Source: Epithemia pelagica (lineage: Eukaryota > Protista > Bacillariophyta). From it: a stretch of 64,000 nt of DNA. Positions within the stretch are counted from its first letter, which is position 1; each line of letters opens with the position of its first letter. The notes below the pieces were generated by a model. The model was given only the letters and a program-made list of their open reading frames with translations. It was not told the origin of the DNA and did no database searches. Shown here piece by piece: positions 1 to 11,200 of the stretch. A program made the translations under genes and the position numbers. The DNA lies in assembly GCA_946965045.2 (NCBI GenBank), contig OX337240.1:2232001-2296000 (forward strand), in the 5' to 3' direction.

Positions 1-1113
1 ATGTGTGGACTGTTTCGTAAAGGGATTGACTCGATCCACCGACAAGAATCCCACCAAAATGTATCTAGTCCCTTGCGTAATGGGTAAGCCTTCGTGTCGA
101 ATTGTGGCCGAATTGACCAACACATGGCCCACGGCTGGTTGTGCCACGGCAAACGGTTCCCAGTCCGACGTGGTTGTGTCGTCCTTGGAGTCGTCGCTTG
201 GAGGATGATGACGACTCGTCCGACGACCATGGCGCTTCCAAAATCGGGTACCACCTCCTTCAAAATCGCCATTTAACAAAATGTTGAAACTCACATCACC
301 ATTGTCGGTATGGGCATCCAAACGATCACGAATGCCCTCATCGTATCGGACCAGAAACAAATCATTGGCCCGAATACTTTGGAGAGAAATGCCATAGATG
401 CGAGCGAGCAAGGGTGCCAAGCGACGATTGAATCGTTCAGCCATCCAGTGTCGATCGTCATGCGTAAAGGGATCGGTTACCAAATTCAAATCTGTCGTTG
501 CGTAGGATGCATGACGGGCCTTTTGCCATCCTTGTGGTGCCTGGAGCAATTGGTGAGCTACATCCGACGACATTGTCGTGTTCTTGTCCTGGTTTTCGTT
601 CTGTGTAGTATCATGATTGATCACTGCTATGGCTGTTTCGGTATTGCGTTGAGCAACAGCCAAGGCTCGTGCCAACAACTCTTGACATTCGGCCTCGGTA
701 AACATGGGCGCTTCAAAGACACCTCGTGCCAACAAGGCATTGTTGGGGGAATCCACCATCAAAAGGTAGCACAGTGATACGACAGTCCCTACAAGAACCA
801 ACAACATCAAACTAAAATAACTGGAGAGTGGAGAAGTCTTGGGAGATGGTTTTGCTTGTTTCTGGCTGGATTTGGCCGTCTTCGTTGGACTAGATTTCTT
901 GGTCGAACCAGTGCTCCCTTGTTTTTCTTCTTCTTCATATTTGCGTGGATGACGGTCTTTGGCAAGAGCCGACAGTCCCAATCGAGGAACAATCATGCAC
1001 CAAAATACAAGTGCCGCACACAACTTGAGCGACAAGAGATATCGAGCTTCGTCATGCTGAGGCAAGGGGACTTGTAGCAAGCCTTCCCCCGCAAATTCCG
1101 TCGAGTCCACCAT
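1..1113 (-). CDS. 2OG-Fe(II) oxygenase (PLOD/P4H-like) membrane-anchored protein, paralog 1; 3' end runs off the window
   Basis: Not in the ORF track because it has no stop inside the window. Hand translation of sampled stretches from ATG 1113 gives MVDSTEFAGEGLLQVPLP...SPNNALLARGVFEAP...TTDLNLVTDPF...HTDNGDVSFNILLNGDFEGGGTRFW. This is colinear with 17860-19419 and has the HxD facial-triad motif. Confidence 0.85.
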   Translation of the reverse strand, partial: MVDSTEFAGEGLLQVPLPQHDEARYLLSLKLCAALVFWCMIVPRLGLSALAKDRHPRKYEEEEKQGSTGSTKKSSPTKTAKSSQKQAKPSPKTSPLSSYFSLMLLVLVGTVVSLCYLLMVDSPNNALLARGVFEAPMFTEAECQELLARALAVAQRNTETAIAVINHDTTQNENQDKNTTMSSDVAHQLLQAPQGWQKARHASYATTDLNLVTDPFTHDDRHWMAERFNRRLAPLLARIYGISLQSIRANDLFLVRYDEGIRDRLDAHTDNGDVSFNILLNGDFEGGGTRFWKRHGRRTSRHHPPSDDSKDDTTTSDWEPFAVAQPAVGHVLVNSATIRHEGLPITQGTRYILVGFLSVDRVNPFTKQSTH

Positions 1114-1288
1114 TCTTGCTTTTCAATACAACTGACTGAATGAACAAAAGAAACGTAACGACAAGGCAGGCAACGAGACAGGATAGAGATGAATCTTCGA
1201 AGACCACCACCTCTTGACTAGGTAGTATCGATGTATCTTCGTTGTTGCTTCGTCGATTAGATCTTTCACTTAAGATGAAGTATAGGAT

Positions 1289-1386
1289 TACCCCCCAGCG
1301 GGGGCGAGTATTTACCGGTGAATTCCTATACTCACCCCCACGGCGCGTCCCTCGAAATCGGCGATTTTCCAACTTTGAGACAAAAC
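1289..1386 (+). repeat. Left terminal inverted repeat of the AcademH-like element
   Basis: Blocks TACCCCCCAGCGGGGG / GTGAATTC / CTCACCCCCACGGCGCGTCC / CCAACTTTGAGACAAAAC match the reverse complement of 17200-17287 exactly. Confidence 0.95.
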
Positions 1387-1445
1387 CACATTCTCCACAA
1401 CACATTCATCACGGAGCCAACCTTGTCGTCCAAATAACAACCACC

Positions 1446-3590
1446 ATGGACCCTCCCAATCCCATCCGACCACATAACATCGTTCCTTCGGCTGTTACAG
1501 AACATTCGACGCGCTTGGATCCGCACCCTTTCCATCCGACGACGTCCTCCCAGCACACTGAATCTGACACGAACCGAACAGCCAACAACGAAACGGATGT
1601 ACCATCCTATGAAGCCACCATCGATGCCCTTTCCTCATTCAATGCCTTCTCGACCATCCCTTGTGATCCCTTGTCCAACGTTGGTGACCATCGGAAACTC
1701 TCCGAGTCCATAATGATGTGCTTCAGCGATTGGCATGGCAAGACTGCGCGACAATGGCAAATCGAAGCTTGCGAAGAAGTTCTTTGGCGGCACCTCCACC
1801 GCCCGTCTTCTGCCCTTTTGCGTCCTCTACTGCTTGTCCGGTCTACAGGCGGCGGAAAGTCGGCTGTAAGGGATGTCAGTGGTTTTCTCTGTGGCGGCAT
1901 TACGTTAACCATAGTCCCTCTGCTAAGCTTGTCAGCCGACCAAACGGCAAAGCTCTCCCAACTCGCAAGCGATCAACAATTAACCGGTCGGCTACATATT
2001 TTTAACCTCGACGTACTCCGATCCAAGTCTCTCAATGACACCCTTCGTTCCAATCTGGAGAACTTATCGTACAAGTCAGCAACCAGAGTGTCGTTGTTCT
2101 CCTCCCCTCAGAAATTGACCAACGACCCCTTGTGGCAACAAACAATCTGTACTTGCTTCCGGAACGGTACCCTCCGGTTGATTGCGATCGACGAATGCCA
2201 CCTTTATGCCTCCCATGGTGTGGAGTTCCGATCGGAATTCAGCGACTTGAAGAAGGTTCTTTTCCCAGTTGCCAACCGGCGGATCATCAAAGAACCCGTC
2301 CCAGTTCTTTTCATGACAGCTACCGCTTCCTCTTTGATGCTCCACGATCTTGAATCATTGACCGGTCTCTCTTTTCACCCAACCGACGACCTTGTGTGGC
2401 CGCGACACCATTCCGGTGTCCAAAGACGCAACATCTTTCTTGATTTGACGTTCCAAGACTCGCCCCTTCGGCGAATCAAAAGGGACGTTGTAAAAACCTG
2501 CCACGCCTCTGGAGGTCGGAAAGTTATGGTTTATTCCAATTCGAGAAAGGCCATCACTCATCTCTACGAGCAAACCCGTTCTCATCTGAATATGCTCGGC
2601 ATACAGAAAGACCTATTGCTCGTTCACGGCCTTATGTTCCGTGAACAAAAGTTCCATAACACGGAGCTGTTTGTGGGGAAGCCACTAGTGGAGGAATGCC
2701 CCAGCTCGAAACGGATCCTGCGCTTCGACCCAGTGGCTTACTTTGCAACTGCGGGTACTTCGAGCTCAGGTGTAGACTGCCATGAAGTTGACCGTGTGTT
2801 GTTTCATGGCTTTCCTCAGTCCATAGAGGATCTCCTACAATGTTCTGGGCAATGTGGCAGAGGCCCGGACGCCACTGCCCATAATTCTTCGTTCTGTCTC
2901 ATAGTCAGTCTGAACAGCCTTGTGTCCCTTCTTACTCGAATCTTTATCTTACCCAAGTATGCGACAGAACAAAACACCAAGCAACCCCCTTCCAGCGAAG
3001 CAACAAACTCTCTTTTCTCTCCTGAAGCTCTTGCTATCCGTCAATGGTATAATGTCCGCCGAATTCTTGCTATCTTGTGCTTGGATGATGGTCAGTGTGT
3101 CCATTACCGTCTTGAACGTGAGATGCTTCATCCTCATAGCGAGGCGGTTTGTGATCTACCAACGCATTGCGCTGGGGCCTGCTGGCGCTGCCGTACACTT
3201 CGGATTGCCACACCTTTTGATGCTCTTATCAATATCCAACAACTCAAACGATACCTCATTATGATGTTCATTACCCAAAAGCTTCCCCCCTCCCAACTGC
3301 TCCTACACAAGGATGTCTTTCTTGATGCCGTGATTGGATTCGAAACGGTAAATGCTGAAGGAGCCTCGACACGAGTCTTTCCTAAATCGGTGTTTGGTGT
3401 CATCACCAAGCATGTCATTAAGCAACGAACGAAAGCGCTCATTTTGAAGTGTTTCTGTGCTGGAATCCTTGAATCCGAAGTAGATGGTTCCAAGTTGCTC
3501 GCTAAACTCGGGTACTGCTCCAATGGCAATCCACGCCTAAATGACCCAATGATCTGGCAAGGATTCAAGGAACTCGATCCATCGGTCTAA
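1446..3590 (+). CDS. RecQ-like superfamily 2 helicase (transposon-encoded), 714 aa
   Basis: Motifs TGGGKS (I), IDECH (II), MTATAS (III), VYSNSRK (IV), QCSGQCGRG (VI), followed by a Cys/His cluster resembling RecQ zinc-binding. First ATG is 1446; the track's start at 1242 crosses the element end. Confidence 0.9.
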   Translation: MDPPNPIRPHNIVPSAVTEHSTRLDPHPFHPTTSSQHTESDTNRTANNETDVPSYEATIDALSSFNAFSTIPCDPLSNVGDHRKLSESIMMCFSDWHGKTARQWQIEACEEVLWRHLHRPSSALLRPLLLVRSTGGGKSAVRDVSGFLCGGITLTIVPLLSLSADQTAKLSQLASDQQLTGRLHIFNLDVLRSKSLNDTLRSNLENLSYKSATRVSLFSSPQKLTNDPLWQQTICTCFRNGTLRLIAIDECHLYASHGVEFRSEFSDLKKVLFPVANRRIIKEPVPVLFMTATASSLMLHDLESLTGLSFHPTDDLVWPRHHSGVQRRNIFLDLTFQDSPLRRIKRDVVKTCHASGGRKVMVYSNSRKAITHLYEQTRSHLNMLGIQKDLLLVHGLMFREQKFHNTELFVGKPLVEECPSSKRILRFDPVAYFATAGTSSSGVDCHEVDRVLFHGFPQSIEDLLQCSGQCGRGPDATAHNSSFCLIVSLNSLVSLLTRIFILPKYATEQNTKQPPSSEATNSLFSPEALAIRQWYNVRRILAILCLDDGQCVHYRLEREMLHPHSEAVCDLPTHCAGACWRCRTLRIATPFDALINIQQLKRYLIMMFITQKLPPSQLLLHKDVFLDAVIGFETVNAEGASTRVFPKSVFGVITKHVIKQRTKALILKCFCAGILESEVDGSKLLAKLGYCSNGNPRLNDPMIWQGFKELDPSV

Positions 3591-6345
3591 CAAACTTTCT
3601 TAGTATTAACTACGTATTACATCGTGCATTTTTTCACGTTTCCATGTCCTCCTTGTACGAAGCCAGCATATCCATGCAACGGTCTAGATGATGTGCAACG
3701 CCTGTTGTCTCCCTTGTATTCTCTGTCCATTCCACGTTCGACTGATCCTCCTCCATACCTTCCAGCCTATGGTAAAGCTTGTAGCGCAGGAAATGATGGT
3801 CTCTTTCCTTTCGCGCTGCATCCCATTGAAGGGACGTTACAACTTGCTTTTCCCCCATACGTTCCACGGCTCCTGCAATAAAATCTGTTGTTGCCATCCT
3901 ATTCATCTCCACAACCTTCATTCCCTTTATTGATGATTTCTCACGTAGTGTCTCCTTTGGTGAATCTTTCTTATCCACGGAATTGTCTGTCTCTGGAGCA
4001 CCGTCACTTCCCTCATCATTATCATCGTTGTCATCATCTTCGTTCGGAATTTCGTCTGCTTCCGCCTCCATATCATCAACTTGGGTTTCTTGCACTTCAT
4101 CCTCGTCTCTTTCGTCTCGGACTTCGTCATGTTCCATGTTGCTTGTTGCATCGGTATCCTCCATGGTAACTGTTGTATCAACAACAGTCTCTTCGTCCTT
4201 GTAGTAACAAGGAGCATCCTTCTCGACTTCGACGAATACCGATTCGTCGTCACTAAAGCACGTTAGTTCCTGGATTATCGATGAACCATCGTCATCCATT
4301 ACTTCAGCCAAGTCTATCTCTGAGTTCTCATCTGTTGTATCGCCCTCTTCTGCCGCATTCTTGCTCCCCTCCTCTTCATCTGGACCCTTGTCTTCATCTT
4401 CCTTGCACCGTTTAGATTTCCTCATGTTACGCATCATTGCGTCAACTTTCACTGGAACATACTTGTCCACCGCGTCGTTTTCAATTCGACCTTCGCCATT
4501 ACGCCTCACTCTCTTATGTACCTCCATTGTCGTCGCATCCAAAGCCCTCCAAAAGCGGTCTTTGTCGATCACAATATTGAGGTTCTCCCTTACATCGTGG
4601 CATTTGGCAAGCGTCAAGATTTCTGTCACTAGAACACGATTCAATCGACTGCTTGGACGAGTTGTTGTTTTATTGCGTTGTCCTGGGTCCGCCAGTGGTC
4701 CAGTCTCAGTAGTAGGCGTGTCAATGTCAAACGAATTCTCTAACGACCGTTCGTTGTATTTGTACTCAGCGTCGGCTCTCGTGCGAGTGTAGAATTCAAC
4801 GAAATGCTTTGCCCTCTGGCAGGCAGTGAGCATTTTGGAAACACGAACAAACGAAGCCTCAGTTCCGTTATGGTTCATACCTTTGAAAAAAGGCATTAAG
4901 CGCTCCATAATCTGGTCAAGCGCACTCTCTTTCTGGAACGTGTAAGGTGACCCTTTCTTTTGAAGTTTCGTTCTGTTGAGCCTGATGAGTTGCAGGATAG
5001 AAATAGGGATTCGATGATAATACATCTCAATAAGACGAAGCTGAGTAGCGAACGATTTATGTTTCTTTGTTGCGTAGAGTACTGGCAAATAATCAACAAC
5101 AACAGCTTCCATTGTCACCGCATCACCTTCTTGTTCTGCTTTACAAAATGCCAGGTACTTTCGCATAACAACCAGATAGTTGCATAGGTACCGGTGCAAC
5201 CAGTCCTTTGTCTCACGGACTTGGCGGTGCAAATAAGCCACGTAGTCGTTGGCTACAAAGATAGCCAATCCATCTGGCCCTTGTGATTTGAGGATTCGCT
5301 CAATCTTTCCAAATGTCATGGCTCTGTTGATGAAGATGTCAACCATAAGACGATCCAGTTCCTCGAAAACAATAACGGCAAGTCGATGAGCTAAACGATA
5401 GCTGTGTGATACATCTTGGGCATCCAGACGCTTCCATTTGAGCCTGTGCTGGAAGCACTGGAGGAAGCCTCCATAGAACAAGCGGTAAACGGAATCCAAC
5501 ATATGAAACCTAACATGTAGGTCTCCGTTAATAGGGACAATCCGGTGTAGGACCTGAGTGATTGCCATGGCCTGTCGGTATGCATTGCAAAATGACATGG
5601 TTTTAGCGTCTGTGATTGCCATCACATCATCAAAGAACTGGAAGATGCGGTCCAGCGACAGCCCATCCCCAACCAAGAACAACCACTTCTTCTCCCATCC
5701 ATCCACAGGCGCATAAATTTGGTTGGCTTCCTTGAAATACAAAAGACCATGTAGCACCATGAAATCTAATAAAATACCGGAAGCTCCAACTTTTGTGGTC
5801 TCGTCTAAAACGGACACTGGTAAGATGAGCAATTCTGCAGGGGCAGGTTCATGACGCCAGGACCGCACAACACGTCTTGGGAACTGTCGTGCCATTTCAA
5901 AGAGGTTTTCCTCACGATTTTTCCTTAGGCCATTCATGGCTGCCACAATAGCAGCCTTGCATGGATGACGGGCGAATTCGGTAGGTTGTAGTGTATAATC
6001 AGACCGTTGTCCTGGCTTTCTTTTTGTTGACAGGTAACGCTTAACATTCCAAAGCTCTCTGCAAGTTGTGTTGAGTTGTTGGTAGACGCGGACTCTCTTG
6101 CCAGAACAGTCGAACGGGTTGCCGTCTTTTTGCAAGTCTTCTTTATACGTCCCATGATATATGGATTGAATGACGTCCGCCGTTTGGAGGTCGAGTAATT
6201 GTTCCAAGGCAGGCATTTGGTAGGGTGAAGGGATGGCCTGTTGGAGGTAAGTTAATGCTGGCCGTTCGGTAAACGAATATACCCAGTCAGGGAAGATTGC
6301 CATGTGCATCGACATTAAGAATCTGGCTGTGACTTTGGTATAAAT

Positions 6346-7128
6346 TGTTAGAATTCTCACCGTCTATGGTGGTTAGATTCTACATCTCATCGATTCCCCA
6401 TGTCACATAGCCTCGTGCTATCGCATCATGCCATCTAGCTTCGAGCTATGTTCCCTAGCTTTGCGCTATATCGACCTATATTTCTTCGCAAATCATGAAA
6501 AGTGAGAATAGATTGACGAACTCACTCTCAAGACTAAACTGGGTCGTGCGGTATTACAACGGACATAAATTTGGCCGTTGCTCGGACATTATACTAACGC
6601 CCTAAGCGTACGCGCCCGAAATCATCGAGCGCGCCCAAGCGACATCCGAGCGCTGTCGGCATCTATCCGACCCAACGGTCTAAGTATCCCAAGCACGACA
6701 CACGATCACGCGAGACCATATTTCCATTCCCACAATCTCCAAATTGTCAACAAGCTGCGCGCCATGAAAACAACTATGCCAACCCAAAGCAAGAGCTGTT
6801 GACCCTGTATATGTTATCCATCCACATATACATGTCATATACATCACATGAATCAACTCCAACTATTCCAAACCTGTTGCCGCCAAGAACCTATGACACA
6901 TGACCCTTGGCAGGACCGAACATTTCACGTAGACCTATCGTAGTAATCAACACACAATCTAACAATATCACCATTTATCACATCTTCTTTTGTGTCCCAA
7001 CTATCCTTCTGATAGACTTCGACTTGCTTGCTTCTCTGACCCTGAGAAGCTTGTATCGGTTGGTGACCTACCTGATTGTCTGCTCTACCGAGCATCAATG
7101 TCCCTACGATTCAGAAAGAATTGTAACA
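6346..7128 (+). repeat. 5' LTR
   Basis: TGTTAGAATTCTC...GAATTGTAACA, repeated at offset +7601. One mismatch noticed (T6462 vs C14063). Confidence 0.97.
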
Positions 7129-7142
7129 GATTAACAGTCTCA
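7129..7142 (+). promoter_or_regulatory. Putative non-canonical primer-binding site (complementary to a tRNA-Asn anticodon arm)
   Basis: GATTAACAGTCTCA directly after the LTR with no TGG. Its reverse complement TGAGA-CTGTTAA-TC looks like a GUU anticodon stem-loop. Confidence 0.45.
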
Positions 7143-7164
7143 AAGCTTATTTCCTTGTGGTTTC

Positions 7165-7944
7165 ATGGATACTAACGAGCTTATCACTCCTGTACGACAG
7201 ATCTATCGAGCCAAACTGCATCCCGGGCAGTCCGATACCCTGGTGCAGCAGGAACTGGTGCCGACGCCGAAGGCAGCCAACACATCGGTCAACATCTCCG
7301 TCGACAGTTCCAACAGCAACCCATTCGAGACTCCAACCCAGCCTCACGCTCCGATCCCTGCGCCGTTGCTTCGGCCCCCGAGTCCGCCTCGTCGGCTCGT
7401 CCCTTCTTGATCCCGTCGTACCACCCGGTTGATTGCTGATCATATCAAGTACTTCCGTCAACCAACTTGTTCGACCTTCGATCCCGAGATCATCCGTGGG
7501 GAGACCCAGATCGAACGCCAGTTCCGATCGGTGACCCACATCGTCGACCAAGAAGACATTGACCGTCTGAACGACCAACTTCATCGTTCTCCGAGGCGTC
7601 GCCTCATCTTGGCCGCCCTCTCGGGCAACCCCATCCGTACTGTCCACCTCCGCTTCCTAACCTTCGAGCGCCCAACTGGATACTACAATACCATCCACGT
7701 CGTGAACGCGACGACTTGCCCTCTGCCTCCTAACGTTGTACGCCTAGATAACTACGTTGCCTACATCCACGAGGTCCATACCATCGAGGACCATCGTGCA
7801 ACTATCTTCCCTTTGCGTACCGAGGTCGAGAACCACCTGGCTGAAGGTGATACCCCTTCTCCTGTTGCTTGTGCTGCCCCATCTGAGCCTGGAAACGACT
7901 CTGATCATTTGGAAGAGAGTGGAGATTCGGAGACCGAAGCTTAA
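7165..7944 (+). pseudogene. Extra ORF of the copia element upstream of gag-pol, 259 codons with one internal TGA; function unknown
   Basis: ORFs 7165-7410 and 7429-7944 are in the same frame and separated only by TGA 7408-7410 plus six sense codons. Confidence 0.6.
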
Positions 7945-8264
7945 TTACTCATAGTTAACTCCCGTCCTCTCAAAACCTTTCCAAGACTTAAACTCAACGC
8001 ACATCCGGGTACCCTTGGTCGCACAACACGCCACACATTCCCGTCAAATCGCGAAAATTCGGCGAAAATTTGTTGAAACTCGGCGAAAATTTGTCGGAAT
8101 CAACGGAAATTTCCAGGAGTCGCACATCACAACACACATCCGGGTATCACATACGTGGCACATACGTGGCACACGTGGTACATCCGGGTTCACATCACAT
8201 CACACATTAAATAAACCACATCACACCGCACATTAAATAAACATCGAACCAACAAAATAACACC

Positions 8265-11200
8265 ATGGATCCTCAATCACCCAAGACACCTACGACTCCT
8301 AAGGGAGAAGATAACCAAGACAATGTCTCGGACACAGACCTATTCGACCACATCATATTTACTGTCTGCCAATTCTTTACCAAAGAAAGGGCCGACTACT
8401 TAATGAAGTGGATGAAATACCATGGTTTTGAGAACATTACCCATGTTATCTCGTATATGCAAACTAATACCGAGGAATCCATGAAGGAACTGACACAATA
8501 CAAGGTCAACAAACAGACACATGATCTACAAGGCCCCACAAGACAGCAGATCAAGCTCTTGGCTTATTGGGCCATATACAAGACCAATGAAATTCAAGAC
8601 GAGCTATCCAATAGCGACTGGATGAACCTAACGAGGAAAGAGTTCAACACTTGGAGGATCAACACAGATTTCTCTAAGGGACCACCTAGCCAAGTTCCAG
8701 TCTCGCCAATGAAGTCACCGTCATCTGTGAAATCTGTCAGCACAGTTACTGCCGCATCCCAATCTCAACAAGACCTTACAGCATTCAGAAAGGGAACTAA
8801 GCGCGACGCAACTGCATATGAGGTATTCAAGGATGAACGATACTACGATTCATTCTGGCGTGTATTCAAGACTACAGCTAAGGCTCAAGGCCTATCCAAC
8901 GTTCTGAATTTCAAATACACACCACCCCATGATGATGAGTATGCCGAAGAACTTTTTCAAGAGCAACAAGTATTTCTTTACTCCGTTCTTGTCCGTATCA
9001 TTCAGACTGACCAAGGTCGAGCCTATGTACGTGAACATGAACATGATGAAGATGTGCGTGCCGTATTGCAGAAGTTACACTCTTTGCATACCGAATCCGA
9101 CCTAGCAAAGCGAGAAGTCCTCCGTTTAACCAACTACATTTCCAATCTACGTCTTGACGACACATGGCGCGGAACAACACGTCAATTTCTTCTACACTTT
9201 CAAGAGCAGCTACGTTTGCTAGACAATCTAGTGACATTGTCTGATCGCATCCCTGATCATACCAGGATGACCTTCCTCATGCAAGCTGTAGAAAAGGTAC
9301 CTGATCTCCGCCGAGTCAAGATCTTGGATAATGTGGTGAACACCAAATCCGGTGCAAAATCCCTTTGCTATCAATCATACTTCCGTCTCCTTCTAGACGC
9401 AGCTTATGACCATGATCAAGCAACCCAGTCATCTGTTCATAGTCGCCGTCGACATGTCAAACAACATGAATCACTATATGGCCAAGATACAGATGCTGAC
9501 ATAACCTCACAAGATGATATGGAGTATCATGTCCACAACACCACAGCGACATCTGAATCTCCATCCTCTTCGTCCAAGGTTAGTCTACCGCGTGACCTAT
9601 GGTTCAAACTTTCTGAAGAAGATCGCAAGTTGATCATTGAGTATAACAAGATGATTCAAGCACCTTCATCAACAACACCGAGGAAAGTGCAAACACATGC
9701 CCTCAACATTGATCCGGAACCTGATCCTGACCCCAACCAAGTTGCATCTGATGACGACTCACCTGGCGTAGTCACTGAGCATCCAGATGATTCAGATCCG
9801 GTTACACAATTTATCAACCAAGCCATGACGACTGATATCAATCACCCGGCAACTGACCTGACTAGTGTTCTTTCTAACGCCAAGTCCAAGACGAGCAAGA
9901 AGGTTACTTTCAAAGCCAACATGCATAAACAAGCAGGACATGTTCCACGCTATTTGTTTTCCAGGAAATCTACTTTACCAGGAAATCAATTGATTGACCG
10001 TGGTGCTAATGGAGGACTTGCTGGTTCTGACATGCGCATCCTTTCTAAGACTGGCCGCCATATCACTATTGTGGGTATTGATAACCATGAACTTACTGGA
10101 CTTCCTGTCGTCACATGTGCCGCAAAGTTTGAGACCAATGATGGACCTATTGTTGGCACCTTCAATGAATATGCTTATTATGGAAAGGGCTTATCTATCC
10201 ATGCTCCTGGTCAATTCGAGCATTTCGGACTTGCTGTTGATGAACGATCTGTTAAAGTTGATGGTAAACAACGCATCACTACACTTGATGGTCGTGCTAT
10301 ACCCCTTCACATCAAGGATGGGTTAGCCTACATCCACTCCTTGGGTATCCCCAGTGACGATGACATGAATACCTTACCTCAGATCATCTTCACGTCACCC
10401 GACACATGGGATCCTGGTGTTCTGGACCATTCCTATTCTCCCACACCCTCTGACAATGATGCTGATTGGAAACACGTAAAGACTGATGGTAGTATGTCGA
10501 ACCATCCATATGACAACTATGGGGAGTACACTGATCGTGTTGTTTGTAACCTCAATCTCCTTTTGGATCTCCCATACGATCATGGACCTGACGACGCACC
10601 CTTCTTTTCTATCTATGCTGACGCAGAAGGTAATGATCCTACACTTCATGCCTCTGTCCACCGTCGTTACCAGGAAGCGTATGACTGGAAGAAGTTCCGT
10701 CCATTCTTTGGTTGGCAATCTGAAGATGTTATTGCCGATACGTTCAAGCACACTACACGTAATGGTAGCATTACTTTTGACCACGACACCCTCAAGAAAC
10801 ATTTCAAGGCTCGCAATCCGGTCCTTAATATACCTCGACGCCATGAACCCGTTGCTACTGACTCGGTTTTCTCCGACACCCCTGCTGTTGACCATGGCGG
10901 TAAAGTCGCACAAATCTTTGTTGGTCGAGATACTCTGGTTACTGATATCTATGGGATCAAGTCAACCAAACAGTTTGTCAATACTCTTCAGGACAACATC
11001 CGGTTTCGTGGTGCCATGGAGACTCTTATCAGTGATGGTGGTTCATCTCTCATCTCTCAAAAGGTCAAAGACATTCTTCGCACTTTGCTTATTGGGGAGT
11101 ATCGATCCGAACCTTATCATCAACACCAGAATAAGGCTGAAAACCGTTACCAGACCGTTAAACGTATGACCAACGCTCTCATGAATGCCACTGGTTGCCC

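Noticed and set aside
310-777. Plus-strand ORFs over the oxygenase genes (also 18364-18726, 24818-25261) and ORF 19022-19609
   Set aside because: Antisense or off-frame shadows of real genes; their mutual similarity just mirrors the paralogy.
1278-1289. 12-bp (or 8-bp) TSD reading
   Set aside because: Formally possible because the target begins AA and ends TT. The 10-bp reading with TA termini is preferred only because it fits the known AcademH range.
1242-1445. N-terminal extension of the helicase ORF in the track
   Set aside because: It begins at a non-ATG codon outside the element and runs through the TSD/TIR. The first ATG (ACCACCATGG) is 1446.
1446-3590. Helitron or host RecQ gene
   Set aside because: It is an SF2 helicase, not a Pif1-like SF1 with a Rep domain, and it is enclosed by TIRs with a TSD.
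6578-7175. Small ORFs inside the LTRs (also 14179-14779)
   Set aside because: Duplicated only because the LTR is duplicated; no coding features.
7408-7410. Programmed TGA recoding or alternative genetic code
   Set aside because: Host genes and intact TE ORFs use TGA as a normal stop (e.g. 39847-39849). Point mutation is simpler.
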